31,621 bases of DNA, taken from a bacterium. Lineage in GTDB: Bacteria > SZUA-182 > DTGQ01. The DNA is taken from positions 1 to 31,621 of the forward strand of contig JBFMGO010000005.1 in NCBI GenBank assembly GCA_040752695.1, in the 5' to 3' direction. The notes beneath the pieces are model-generated. The model had not been told where the DNA came from and searched no databases. It was given only the letters and a program-made list of their open reading frames with translations. Below, one piece after another: positions 8,345 to 17,082 of the stretch; the first letter of the stretch is position 1; each line of letters starts with the position of its first letter. The translations under genes were made by a program, and so were the position numbers.

Positions 8345-9490
8345 TTATTTCCCGATTGAATAGACACTTATCGTACTGGTATACATTTGAACAACATACA
8401 GCCGGTTTTGCTGATCGATACATAAATCCGCCGGAACCTTGAAGCGAATCTTCTGATTCGACATATCCCCGACAACGCCTAAAAAGTTGCCCTGCTGATC
8501 AAAGACTTGAATTAACCCGATCTTGTCGTAGTTTTCTCCGACAAAGATTCTCTCCTGCTGATCCATACAGATTGACTGCGGCCTGAAGAATTGACCTCTT
8601 TCGATACCCCACTCACCGATGCTGCGGATGTACTCACCCTGGGGGGAGAGAACCTGCACTCTGGTATTGATTACGTCCGTTACGTACATATTGCCAGACT
8701 TATCCAGACATATGGCATAGGGGTAGCGGAAATCTCCATTTTCATAGCCAACCCCCCCGACCTCTTTGAGCAGTTCGAACTTCTTATCGTAGATTAAAAG
8801 CCTGTGGTTATCATTATCGACGGCGACAAGCTGCTGATTCACCTCATCGAAAGCCATATCCGTAGGGTCGGACAACGACCTGTACTTATCTGGAGGGACC
8901 GGGATTTCCGTTACCGGACTTGCGCGATCATCGAATACCTGAATCCGGTGATTTTTTGAATCGGCAACGTAGATGCGATCTTTGGAATCAATCATTAATC
9001 CAAGTGGAGACTTGAATTCTCCACGATCGCTTCCTTTTTTCCCGAACTGAGCCAGATATTTCCCATCATAGGAAAAGAGCACAAGCCGGCCGTTGACTCC
9101 ATCCAGAACCCAGATCCTTTTCTGGGAATCAACAGCCACTGCACTGGGTTGATCAAGAGGCGGTATTACAGCCTCTTTTTTAATATCAAAAAGATGCTTT
9201 ACCTGGATAATCTGAAGAGGAGCCGCCGTCACAGGATTGACCACTGCTGCTGGTTTGTCGGCTGGTGCCGGTGTTCCGCTTGGAGATGCAGATATTCCAT
9301 GAATGGGGGCGACCGGTTGTTCCGCTTTTCCACTTACGGAGACCGGCTGTTCCGGTTTTCCACTCACCGAAGCCGACATTCCCCTCTCAGACCAGAGAAA
9401 AACAAGAGCCGGGCAGAGCAGAATCAAGAAAAGCCACAGCCAAAGGATAGAATCCGTGCCCTTAAAATGGCTTGTATGGTTATTACTCAT
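8345..9490 (-). CDS. NHL-repeat six-bladed beta-propeller protein, exported or N-terminally anchored
   Basis: Repeated NHL motifs (P.AVAVDS...IWVLD..NGR; GEFKSP.G...DS.DRIYVADSKNHRIQVF; GDFRYPY...YVTD..N.RVQV). N-terminal hydrophobic segment followed by a Pro/Ala/Ser linker. Confidence 0.92.
   Translation of the reverse strand: MSNNHTSHFKGTDSILWLWLFLILLCPALVFLWSERGMSASVSGKPEQPVSVSGKAEQPVAPIHGISASPSGTPAPADKPAAVVNPVTAAPLQIIQVKHLFDIKKEAVIPPLDQPSAVAVDSQKRIWVLDGVNGRLVLFSYDGKYLAQFGKKGSDRGEFKSPLGLMIDSKDRIYVADSKNHRIQVFDDRASPVTEIPVPPDKYRSLSDPTDMAFDEVNQQLVAVDNDNHRLLIYDKKFELLKEVGGVGYENGDFRYPYAICLDKSGNMYVTDVINTRVQVLSPQGEYIRSIGEWGIERGQFFRPQSICMDQQERIFVGENYDKIGLIQVFDQQGNFLGVVGDMSNQKIRFKVPADLCIDQQNRLYVVQMYTSTISVYSIGK
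9311..9370 (-). repeat. 30-nt imperfect tandem duplication in the NHL protein linker (SVSGKPEQPV / SVSGKAEQPV)
   Basis: gaccggttgttccgcttttccacttacgga is followed directly by gaccggctgttccggttttccactcaccga. Confidence 0.85.
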
Positions 9491-9512
9491 TCTCCTCTCC
9501 CGGCATCAGCGA

Positions 9513-10433
9513 TCATTCTTCTCCACCCTGGTCCATTACCGGAAGGGGAATCTTGCCATCTTTCAGATTTTCCTTCCCTTCGATGATGTTTTCCGGTCGA
9601 AACATGGTAGGCAATTTCAGAGACTTATATTTGGAAACCATACCAGCCACTTCCGTTCCGGTAAACTCGTCGCACAGGTGCTGAGGATAACCGAGTGCCT
9701 TGAAATCCAGGAAGGGATTCCTTCTGCGGTGACACTCGGTGCAGGTGACAGGCTCCTGAGAAAGATGCTTATGCGCCTCAGCCTTGGCCTGTGACTGCTG
9801 ATCGTAGGTATATTGTGCCCAAAGCCCCAGATACTGGCGTGCATATTCTTCGGTGATGGGTTGGTCCAGCCTTTTATGCTTCCCGATCTTGTCCAGGATG
9901 CAGGGCACAATTTTGGCCCCATAATTTCCCGCATACACCCCATCAGGAACACGGTCCTTGATCTCGGGGATTTGTTCGCCGGTGTAATTATCGTACCAGA
10001 CAAAAGTAATCTTTGGAGAGCGCATATGACAGGTTTCACAGGCGCAAAAATAGGTATGCATATTATAAAGTGATCTGACTTCCTTGTTTTTACTATGCGG
10101 ATAGTTTCCGTGGCAGATTAAACAAAGCGTGGGAACCCGCTTTTTCACATCCAGACTCGTGTCGATATTATGAAAATGTTCCATTTGTGAATAGGTCTTC
10201 GTTTTTAAAATATTTTTAAAAACGTCCTTATCTGCAGGCCTTACATCGAGCGCATCATCCTGGGAAGATGATTTCCCTGTAGTTACTTTCTCGAACTCAA
10301 CGGCCGGAGGTCCATGGTGAACTCCCTTTTTCGGGAAGAAGAATACCTTAATCATCATCAGCAGGCTAATTACCAGGAGTACTGCTGCTATGCTGCTGAT
10401 TGCCTTTACAATTGGTCCGCGGGATTTCAACAT
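9513..10433 (-). CDS. Membrane-anchored triheme cytochrome c, probable accessory subunit of the Cbc-type complex
   Basis: N-terminal TM helix (AISSIAAVLLVISLLMMIKVFFF). Motifs CLICH, CETCH and CTECH. Extra His in HFH, YPH and NMH. Lies directly after the cytochrome b gene. Confidence 0.8.
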   Translation of the reverse strand: MLKSRGPIVKAISSIAAVLLVISLLMMIKVFFFPKKGVHHGPPAVEFEKVTTGKSSSQDDALDVRPADKDVFKNILKTKTYSQMEHFHNIDTSLDVKKRVPTLCLICHGNYPHSKNKEVRSLYNMHTYFCACETCHMRSPKITFVWYDNYTGEQIPEIKDRVPDGVYAGNYGAKIVPCILDKIGKHKRLDQPITEEYARQYLGLWAQYTYDQQSQAKAEAHKHLSQEPVTCTECHRRRNPFLDFKALGYPQHLCDEFTGTEVAGMVSKYKSLKLPTMFRPENIIEGKENLKDGKIPLPVMDQGGEE

Positions 10434-10436
10434 CGC

Positions 10437-11237
10437 TTATTCCTCCTCAGTTTCCAGCGTATTGTTATGATGACCATGGTGTTCATGTTGCCCACCCCAT
10501 GAGGCTGAGTTCGAGGAGGCACCCTTCGTTTTCGCTTTGGCCATTTCTCTTTCCTTTACCACTCGCTCCCACTGAAGGGGATGCTCGTGTTTTAAATGCT
10601 CCATACTTACCAGCCCATCGATCCATGAGGTATCTTGCGGGAATTTCCCGGGTTTCCAGTGTACGCCGTAAAAGTGCCAGATCGAAATGGTAATACTGGC
10701 CAGCGTAGCCTCGCACAGGTGGACGGTGCCGCACAGATCGACCATGAACCTTGGAAAAAACTGGGCAAAGGTCATTACCACCCCGGTCACACAGATAACT
10801 GTCGTACCGATGAGTCCGAAGATATACTCCATTTTTTCACGATAATCGAACCGATCGAATTTAGGCTTGAAATCGGATACACCCAGCATGTAAAGAATAT
10901 TCTGCTTCATCTGGACTGCATCCGTAAGATTGGGAATCATATCCAGCAGCATCTGCCTTCCTGGCTTGGTAATTGCTCCATAAGCAAGGTGCCATATGGA
11001 GCCGAAAATTAAAAGGGTGGCCAGGATTAGGTGTGCAATGCGTCGATAATAATAAATCTGGCCTGTATACCTACCGAACATCACCGTTACCCAGTCGGTT
11101 GGTATTAAAGACATCATTCCTGTAGCCACCAGCAAAACAAAGCAGATCCAGACAATGTTATGCTGCCACACCTCTACCCGTGACAGGCGAGGAAAATATT
11201 CCTGGTCTTCAGCTCTCCTTCCCCATTTCTTTGCCAT
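10437..11237 (-). CDS. cbcB: Inner-membrane cytochrome b (FdnI/HyaC-like, CbcB-type quinone oxidoreductase subunit)
   Basis: Four hydrophobic helices with His ligands (WQH, IAH, IWH, TVH, IWHFY). Also 'FDRFDYREKMEY' and 'G.VS.EHLKHEHPLQW' motifs. Starts 1 nt after the CbcA-like gene ends. Confidence 0.82.
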   Translation of the reverse strand: MAKKWGRRAEDQEYFPRLSRVEVWQHNIVWICFVLLVATGMMSLIPTDWVTVMFGRYTGQIYYYRRIAHLILATLLIFGSIWHLAYGAITKPGRQMLLDMIPNLTDAVQMKQNILYMLGVSDFKPKFDRFDYREKMEYIFGLIGTTVICVTGVVMTFAQFFPRFMVDLCGTVHLCEATLASITISIWHFYGVHWKPGKFPQDTSWIDGLVSMEHLKHEHPLQWERVVKEREMAKAKTKGASSNSASWGGQHEHHGHHNNTLETEEE

Positions 11238-11238
11238 A

Positions 11239-12390
11239 TTAATGTCTCCCTTCCCTTCTTTCTTTCAAGGTTATTCTCAAGTCAAGCAATTGGTGCAAGA
11301 ACATAAAACCTCCAACCAAAACGATCATCAACTTATAGAAACTCTTAATGGCCCAGATAATGGTCAGCTGCAATTTCGTCATGCTCTTATCATCGATTTC
11401 GGCTCTCAGCTTCGTCTTTTCCTCCGGTGTTAAATCTTCACTCTTTTCCCTGAGTTCCTTTTCCAGCAAGGCAGCTTTTACGCCCGTACCATGAACCGCC
11501 CCTGAGGCGAAATACTTGTTGGCTCCCTCGTGGCAGCCGGGCTGACCGCAGACCTTGGTACGATTGTCCTGAAAGAGAAGGGATTCCGGATCATCAGCAG
11601 CCTTGATTAAATGGGCTGATAACCCTAATTGCCCCGGTCCATGGCAACTGAGGCAATCCGCGCCATTTACAGCTTCATACTTTACGTTTCGCCAGTGAAA
11701 GGTCTGTTTGAAGTTATCCGTACTTTCAAGGCCAAAGTTCTGCATCAGTTTTTTATCCGCATGGCAGTTATTACAAAGATCCACAATCTCCTTCTTGTTC
11801 CATCGCGGGGCTGTCCGGGAAGCGAAATGTTTCAAGAACCGGTCAGCCCAGGGACTCTTTTCATGACAGGCTATGCAGCGGGCCAATGACTCTGACTCAC
11901 AGCCGGGCTTTTCCGCCAGGATTCCTTTCAAAGGGGAGTAGAGCGGGTTGGTATGGCAGTATTTACATCTTGGCTGTCCATCCTCAAAGACGAATAAAGG
12001 AGACTTGCCATGAATACTTTGCTTAAATTCATCGACTGTAATTTTATGTGAAAAATCTTTGCCTGTGGAAGGGTCCTTGACATGACACTTGGTTTCACAA
12101 TTCACTTTTTTGGCAGGTTTGTGAGGAACTTCTTTGACATCCTGATGACAATGACTGCATAATACACCCGTGTGAACAGTATTCCTATAGAGACCTTCGC
12201 TTACGTAAAATATCTTTTTGGCTCCTGATTCTTTGTCAAAGCATCCAAGACCTGAATACCGGTGACAAAGCATACAGTTTTCCTGGTCTGCAGCCCGTGC
12301 AGATCTGGGGCTCCAGGCAACGCAAACGAAAATCATAAAACATAGGACTATAAGCAGGAAAGTGAATCGAGGAACTCTTTTATCTGCCAT
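11239..12390 (-). CDS. cbcA: CbcA-type multiheme cytochrome c with C-terminal membrane anchor (6 CXXCH plus CX3CH and CX4CH)
   Basis: Signal peptide ending ARA|. Motifs CMLCH, CSHCH, CETKCH, CKYCH, CIACH, CNNCH, CLSCH and CGQPGCH. C-terminal helix YKLMIVLVGGFMFLHQLLD contains a His. Paired with the cytochrome b gene. Confidence 0.8.
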   Translation of the reverse strand: MADKRVPRFTFLLIVLCFMIFVCVAWSPRSARAADQENCMLCHRYSGLGCFDKESGAKKIFYVSEGLYRNTVHTGVLCSHCHQDVKEVPHKPAKKVNCETKCHVKDPSTGKDFSHKITVDEFKQSIHGKSPLFVFEDGQPRCKYCHTNPLYSPLKGILAEKPGCESESLARCIACHEKSPWADRFLKHFASRTAPRWNKKEIVDLCNNCHADKKLMQNFGLESTDNFKQTFHWRNVKYEAVNGADCLSCHGPGQLGLSAHLIKAADDPESLLFQDNRTKVCGQPGCHEGANKYFASGAVHGTGVKAALLEKELREKSEDLTPEEKTKLRAEIDDKSMTKLQLTIIWAIKSFYKLMIVLVGGFMFLHQLLDLRITLKERREGRH

Positions 12391-12433
12391 GGGGACGGAC
12401 TCCTATTGTTTCGGTTAGTTATGGATTTAAAAT

Positions 12434-12470
12434 AGTATAATAGGGCGACGATTTGTTTAAACTTCCACAA
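12434..12470 (-). promoter_or_regulatory. Putative promoter of the cbcA-like unit with an overlapping imperfect palindrome
   Basis: Minus-strand TATACT at 12439-12434 in a 240-nt AT-rich intergenic gap. TTGTGGAAGTTTAAACAA (12470-12453) covers the expected -35 position. Confidence 0.35.
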
Positions 12471-12630
12471 ACTTTTTATTTGTAGATATGGTATATTATC
12501 TTGTAAGCCGGGGGTATTTAACTTATTAAATAACATACTCTCAGGTAAAAGGCAAATAAAAAATGGGAAAATTAAATTACCTCTTCGCCTACAATTTGGC
12601 CTATTCTTTCTCTTAGCTCCTTGTCGGAAT

Positions 12631-14385
12631 TTATTCCTCCTTTACGCTACCTTGCTCTTGCTTTCCACTCCCTTGATCTTCTTCTATCGTATTTTTGTCT
12701 TTGGGATTCGAAACGCTCTTTAAATATTTTTCAATGATTGCGCTCCTATTGGGGTGACACACAGAACAGAGGCTCTCCTTCGATTCAACGCGTAATTTCG
12801 GTCCCTTGGCACCGTTGTGAGGGTCATGGCAGGTAAAACAGCCGATCTGACCGCTCAGCGTCAGGGGAAATATCTGCATATCCAGGCCATCTCCCATCGA
12901 ACAAATACCTGATGCGGCTTGAGAGCTGTCCTTGAATTTGTTTTCCCAAAACCGCTCGACGAATTTTCCCGTATGCACAACCCCATACGGATGGTTCGTC
13001 TCTTTGTTCGCATGGCAGCCGAGGCAATAATAATGAAGCGAGGCCCTGTATCCGAAAGCGACCTTATCCTCCCCGGCCGGGTCAAGGTCATTCTGAGAAG
13101 GAGTCTCTTGAATGGCTGCGGACTCTGCCTTGCGGGTAATCCATCTGTCGGTTTCGTCTGCACCTTTTTGAACGATTTGCCCATACTTTTTATAATGGCA
13201 TTGTCGGCAGCTCTTATTAACGTCATTAATGCGCAATTTTGGCCCTTTTCGAACATCATGGGGATTGTGACAGGTGGCGCACATGATTTTTCCACTGATG
13301 CTGATGGGAAACATCTTGAACTTTTCCTGCTGAGAAAGCTTATTTCGTTCCGATGGCTTAAGCCCTTCCCATATGGTATGGAGCTGCCGCCCGGTATGGC
13401 TCGCCCCAAAGGGGTGCTTTTCAACGCTGATCGGGTGACAGCCAAGGCAGTAAAACTTAAAAGAAGCCTTAAACTTAAAGGCCAGCCCTGTTGCATTTTC
13501 CTTATTGATATCATGACAAAACAGACACCGGTCTTCCCTGATCTCACCGGCATCCGTCACCTGGTCATGAGGATTGATTTTCTCGTACTGCTCCCTGATA
13601 TGGCAGACCAGGCAGGTATCAATGCGTCTTTGATACGGCCCGCCCCGTAGGAAAAAGGAATTCTTCGTTCTCTCTCCACCCGCACAGTTCATCTTATGAC
13701 AACTGATACAGGTCAGTTTGCCTTTTTTCAAAGGGAATTCCGCAGGAACCTTTACCCCGCGCTCCGTGGATGGAACGATTTCCACCGGGTGGTTATCGGC
13801 TCTGACACGCTTGTTATTATGACAACTCTTGCAGAGCTGAACGGTATTTCCACCTGATTTTAAATACAGTTCTTTGTCCCCTGGCCGCGGCTCCTTTTCG
13901 TGACACAAAAAGCAAAAGACACCGGATTGATGGGGATCGATCGTTTCGGAAAGTGCGCGAAAAGGTTGATAGGCACTTCGCAAAAGGAAGGGATTTTTCT
14001 CTTTATCAGGTACCTGATGGGTAGTATGGCAGCTTGGGCAACTAATTTGATTCTGAAAAAGAGGCAAGGGCAAGTCAGGTATCTGGCGCATCAGGGTCAG
14101 GCTGACTTCCTTTGATGATATTAAAAGACAGCTTTGGGGAAGCTTCTCCTCGTGACATCGAAAACACTTCTGGCTGTAATCCGGCCTCAGGTTTTCACCC
14201 TGTTTCTCTCCCATGGTCGCGCTTGATCCTTCTGGCTTTTCCAGGTGACAATTTCGGCAGTTCACCCTCAATAAATCCTGCGGATTGCCGTGTGGAGAGT
14301 GGGAAGACTGTCCCTGGGCAAACGAAAATCCCCACCAGGCGACAATCGAAAGAACAACCAATAACCAGCATATACGATGAATCAT
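12631..14385 (-). CDS. Exported 14-heme cytochrome c
   Basis: Signal peptide ending SFA|Q. 14 CXXCH counted. The N-terminal 8-heme half is paralogous to 14454..15350, and the C-terminal triheme module is duplicated. Confidence 0.9.
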   Translation of the reverse strand: MIHRICWLLVVLSIVAWWGFSFAQGQSSHSPHGNPQDLLRVNCRNCHLEKPEGSSATMGEKQGENLRPDYSQKCFRCHEEKLPQSCLLISSKEVSLTLMRQIPDLPLPLFQNQISCPSCHTTHQVPDKEKNPFLLRSAYQPFRALSETIDPHQSGVFCFLCHEKEPRPGDKELYLKSGGNTVQLCKSCHNNKRVRADNHPVEIVPSTERGVKVPAEFPLKKGKLTCISCHKMNCAGGERTKNSFFLRGGPYQRRIDTCLVCHIREQYEKINPHDQVTDAGEIREDRCLFCHDINKENATGLAFKFKASFKFYCLGCHPISVEKHPFGASHTGRQLHTIWEGLKPSERNKLSQQEKFKMFPISISGKIMCATCHNPHDVRKGPKLRINDVNKSCRQCHYKKYGQIVQKGADETDRWITRKAESAAIQETPSQNDLDPAGEDKVAFGYRASLHYYCLGCHANKETNHPYGVVHTGKFVERFWENKFKDSSQAASGICSMGDGLDMQIFPLTLSGQIGCFTCHDPHNGAKGPKLRVESKESLCSVCHPNRSAIIEKYLKSVSNPKDKNTIEEDQGSGKQEQGSVKEE

Positions 14386-14453
14386 CTCACACCTTATAAA
14401 CTTATCGTAACCTCATGTTTTATAACCGTTATCGCAGCCTTCTCATCGCAAAC

Positions 14454-15350
14454 CTATATGATATGGCAGTACAGACACTTATTTTTCATGATATGGCCTT
14501 TATCATCAACCTGGATATGAGGATTGACAGCCTGATATCGCTCCTTCATATGGCAGGAGAGGCACACATCGACTCTCTTTTCATAAGGGCCTCCCCGCAG
14601 AAGCTTTTGTTCCGGGTTCCCCCCTTTGCAGGGCATCAGATGGCAGGTGAGACAGGTTATCTTTCCATCACTCAACGGAAAAATCTCGGGGACGTTTACC
14701 CCTTTATCTTTCGAAGGGGCAACCCTGACCGGATGATTGTCAGAACGCGCCTTTTTTCCGTCGTGACACTGGACGCAGATCACTACTTGATCTGCATCGA
14801 ATTTCAATGCAAGATTGTGGGCTCCGGATTTGGCCGGTGTTTCATCATGGCAGAGCCGGCAAAAAACATTTGCCTTATGCGGATTAACCTTTTGAGCCCG
14901 GAACCAGAAGTTAGGATAGAGATTGTTGAGCTTTTTGTCGGCACCTTTTGTGCCCCGGTCATGGAAAAAGTGGCAGCTCCCGCACCAGATAGACCCTGAC
15001 GACAGAAGGGGCAGCCCCACATAGTCCAGTTGAGATTTGAGAATTTGAGTCGCTTTTTCCGTGGACACAAGAGTACAGCTTTGCGGAACCGTGTGACAGG
15101 TGCTGCATCGGGCTTTGCACTTTTCGAACTGAATCGTGTCTGTCCCCTGGTTCTGCCCGGTTGGATCGGAAGAATGACATTCTTTGCAGCTTTGCTGGAA
15201 CGACCCGATATCTTCTTTATGAGGGTTTTTCTCATCGGCCTTCAAAGGGGCAGCACACCAGGCGATTGCCCTGCAAAGAACCCCAAGGAGCACGATCACA
15301 ATTACACCTGACCTGATCGTATGAAGGTGTCTTATTCTCTTACCGCTCAA
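14454..15350 (-). CDS. Exported 8-heme cytochrome c, shorter paralog of the adjacent 14-heme protein
   Basis: 8 CXXCH. TTG start preceded by GAGGAG/AAGGGA. Collinear with the first ~290 aa of 12631..14385. Ends CLYCHII-TAG. Confidence 0.85.
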   Translation of the reverse strand: MSGKRIRHLHTIRSGVIVIVLLGVLCRAIAWCAAPLKADEKNPHKEDIGSFQQSCKECHSSDPTGQNQGTDTIQFEKCKARCSTCHTVPQSCTLVSTEKATQILKSQLDYVGLPLLSSGSIWCGSCHFFHDRGTKGADKKLNNLYPNFWFRAQKVNPHKANVFCRLCHDETPAKSGAHNLALKFDADQVVICVQCHDGKKARSDNHPVRVAPSKDKGVNVPEIFPLSDGKITCLTCHLMPCKGGNPEQKLLRGGPYEKRVDVCLSCHMKERYQAVNPHIQVDDKGHIMKNKCLYCHII

Positions 15351-15451
15351 TGTCCCTTTATCTCCTCACCTTAGCCATTTGATATCCACCAGCATAAGAC
15401 AGGCACTCAAATTGAGTATTTTTATACTTTTCTAAATGCCTTTATGTGGCT

Positions 15452-15497
15452 TATTTGTCATACAAATATTATACCCGATTCCCTACTTTCGAATCAA
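15452..15497 (-). promoter_or_regulatory. Putative sigma70 promoter (TTGATT-N18-TATAAT) with a 7-bp inverted repeat over the start site
   Basis: Minus strand TTGATT at 15497-15492 and TATAAT at 15473-15468. Perfect inverted repeat TATTTGT-N3-ACAAATA at 15452-15468. Confidence 0.5.
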
Positions 15498-17057
15498 ATC
15501 AATCCCGTCAATTCCGAATGGTGCTCTGCCAACTCTTATAGATTCAATAAGTTGCTCTTGACGTAAATCGATAACCGACAGGCTGTCTTCCGCGCTGTTA
15601 ATTACATACAAATAGTTCCGGGCGCTGTCGAGGGCAAGTCCACAAGGGCTTTTACCTGTCCGGTACCGGCTTTCCTGAATGCCCGCCGAAGCAGGCATCT
15701 TCTGAGCGGCAGACAGTAAAGGTACCCGAAAGCTGCTGACTGAATTATCTTTCCGGTTGGTGACAAAGAGCCTGCCCCTGTCTTCATCGAGAACGATCTG
15801 GTCAGGACCATACTCCGCCTGGAGTAATGACGATTTTTTCACCGAATATCCGGGATCGTTTCCGGCTTTCCCCTGATTTTCCAGAAGGGTTAGATCGATA
15901 TCGAACAAAAATACCGATGAGGAACCGAAGTTGGCGACAAAGAGCAGGTCGGAAGAAAACCCGTCGCCCGATACCACTATTCCCGCAGGCTCGGACTGCA
16001 AAGGAATCCTGTCCGCCAACCGATGACTCTCAATGCCGATAACATAGATGTCGTGAGAGCCCTGGTTTGTGACATATAACCATTTCCCGCTGGAGCTTAC
16101 TTCAAGATCCACCGGCTGATGTCCGGCATCGAACGTATCGATGGACTTTTTCAAATCCGTATCGATCATGCTGACATTATCGCTGTCCATATTGGCTGTA
16201 AATACATACTTACCATCCGATGTAATGGTTATCCGGGAGGGAGCGATACCCAAAGGCAAATCGATCGCCTCCTCTTCCAGTTCGTTGGTCATGGTATCAA
16301 TGATCGAAACGGAATTGGAGCCCGAATTTGCCACATACGCATAAATGCCCCTTGGATTAACCACGATACCCTTTGGCGCCTTACCGACCTGGATAACCGT
16401 GATGGTAGAATTGGTCAAGCGGTCCAGAACCGATACCGTGTTATCATCCGTGTTGGTTACATAGAGCATCAGGGCTTTGACTCCCGCAGGCTTTCTCCCC
16501 TGGCTCAGGCGGGGAGAGAAGAGAAGCCCTGTATCGCTGCCCTTTTTTTGTGACTTCACTTCAAGATTGACGTAAGCGTTGGTAGTTCTTTTGGGGGTAA
16601 TGAGAAAGGGGACGTCCAAAAAGGTATAGCCTTCTTGAGACTCCAAAAGAATGGTCTCCCCCGATCGGTTAATAGAGGCACCGGTAAAAGAAAGCCCGAT
16701 TTTCTGGTAACTGCCGGTCGGTACCTTCACTTCGATGAAAACCTGTCGCCCATCGGATCCTGCCTCAAGGGGTTGGTTTACAGGCCGCGAAACCAGTGCA
16801 CCATCCGCACCCTCAAGCTGGATATCCTTTACCGTAAAAGAGATTTCTTCTTTCGCCGGACTGCAAAAACGAACATAGAGCCCCAACGAGCCAGTCTGAA
16901 CCTGTTGCGGTCTGTCATGTTCCGAAGCCAGATAGGCACAGCCTGAGAGGAAAAGAAAAAAGGACAGCACGCAGACACACTGCCACACGCAGAGAAAATC
17001 CAGGCTTTTCTCTCCACCTTTGTGCCTGTGAGGTTTTTTGATCTGATTTTGATTCAT
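15483..17057 (-). CDS. Lipoprotein with an N-terminal beta-sandwich (DUF4382-like) and a YVTN/YncE-type beta-propeller
   Basis: Lipobox LSG|C. Repeats LYVTN.DDNTVSVLD, AYVAN.GSNSVSIID, VFTAN.DSDNVSMID, LYVTN, LFVAN, LFVTN and LYVIN. Confidence 0.88.
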   Translation of the reverse strand: MNQNQIKKPHRHKGGEKSLDFLCVWQCVCVLSFFLFLSGCAYLASEHDRPQQVQTGSLGLYVRFCSPAKEEISFTVKDIQLEGADGALVSRPVNQPLEAGSDGRQVFIEVKVPTGSYQKIGLSFTGASINRSGETILLESQEGYTFLDVPFLITPKRTTNAYVNLEVKSQKKGSDTGLLFSPRLSQGRKPAGVKALMLYVTNTDDNTVSVLDRLTNSTITVIQVGKAPKGIVVNPRGIYAYVANSGSNSVSIIDTMTNELEEEAIDLPLGIAPSRITITSDGKYVFTANMDSDNVSMIDTDLKKSIDTFDAGHQPVDLEVSSSGKWLYVTNQGSHDIYVIGIESHRLADRIPLQSEPAGIVVSGDGFSSDLLFVANFGSSSVFLFDIDLTLLENQGKAGNDPGYSVKKSSLLQAEYGPDQIVLDEDRGRLFVTNRKDNSVSSFRVPLLSAAQKMPASAGIQESRYRTGKSPCGLALDSARNYLYVINSAEDSLSVIDLRQEQLIESIRVGRAPFGIDGIDLIRK

Positions 17058-17082
17058 CCCTGCCCCTTCTTAGTCTTTCTGC

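Noticed and set aside
9311..9370. 30-nt repeat as a CRISPR remnant or mobile-element end
   Set aside because: There are only two adjacent in-frame copies with no spacer, inside a linker. No cas or transposase genes are in the window.
12391..12630. GEMM-I cyclic-dinucleotide riboswitch, as found ahead of some Geobacter cytochrome genes
   Set aside because: I could not see the paired GGCAAA/GCAAA stem architecture by eye here or in the other intergenic gaps. A covariance-model search would settle it.
14394..14456. Amber readthrough (pyrrolysine) extending or fusing the 8-heme protein
   Set aside because: The frame after TAG reads VCDEKAAITVIKHEVTISL then TAA. It does not resemble the paralog's continuation, and the next gene has its own signal peptide.
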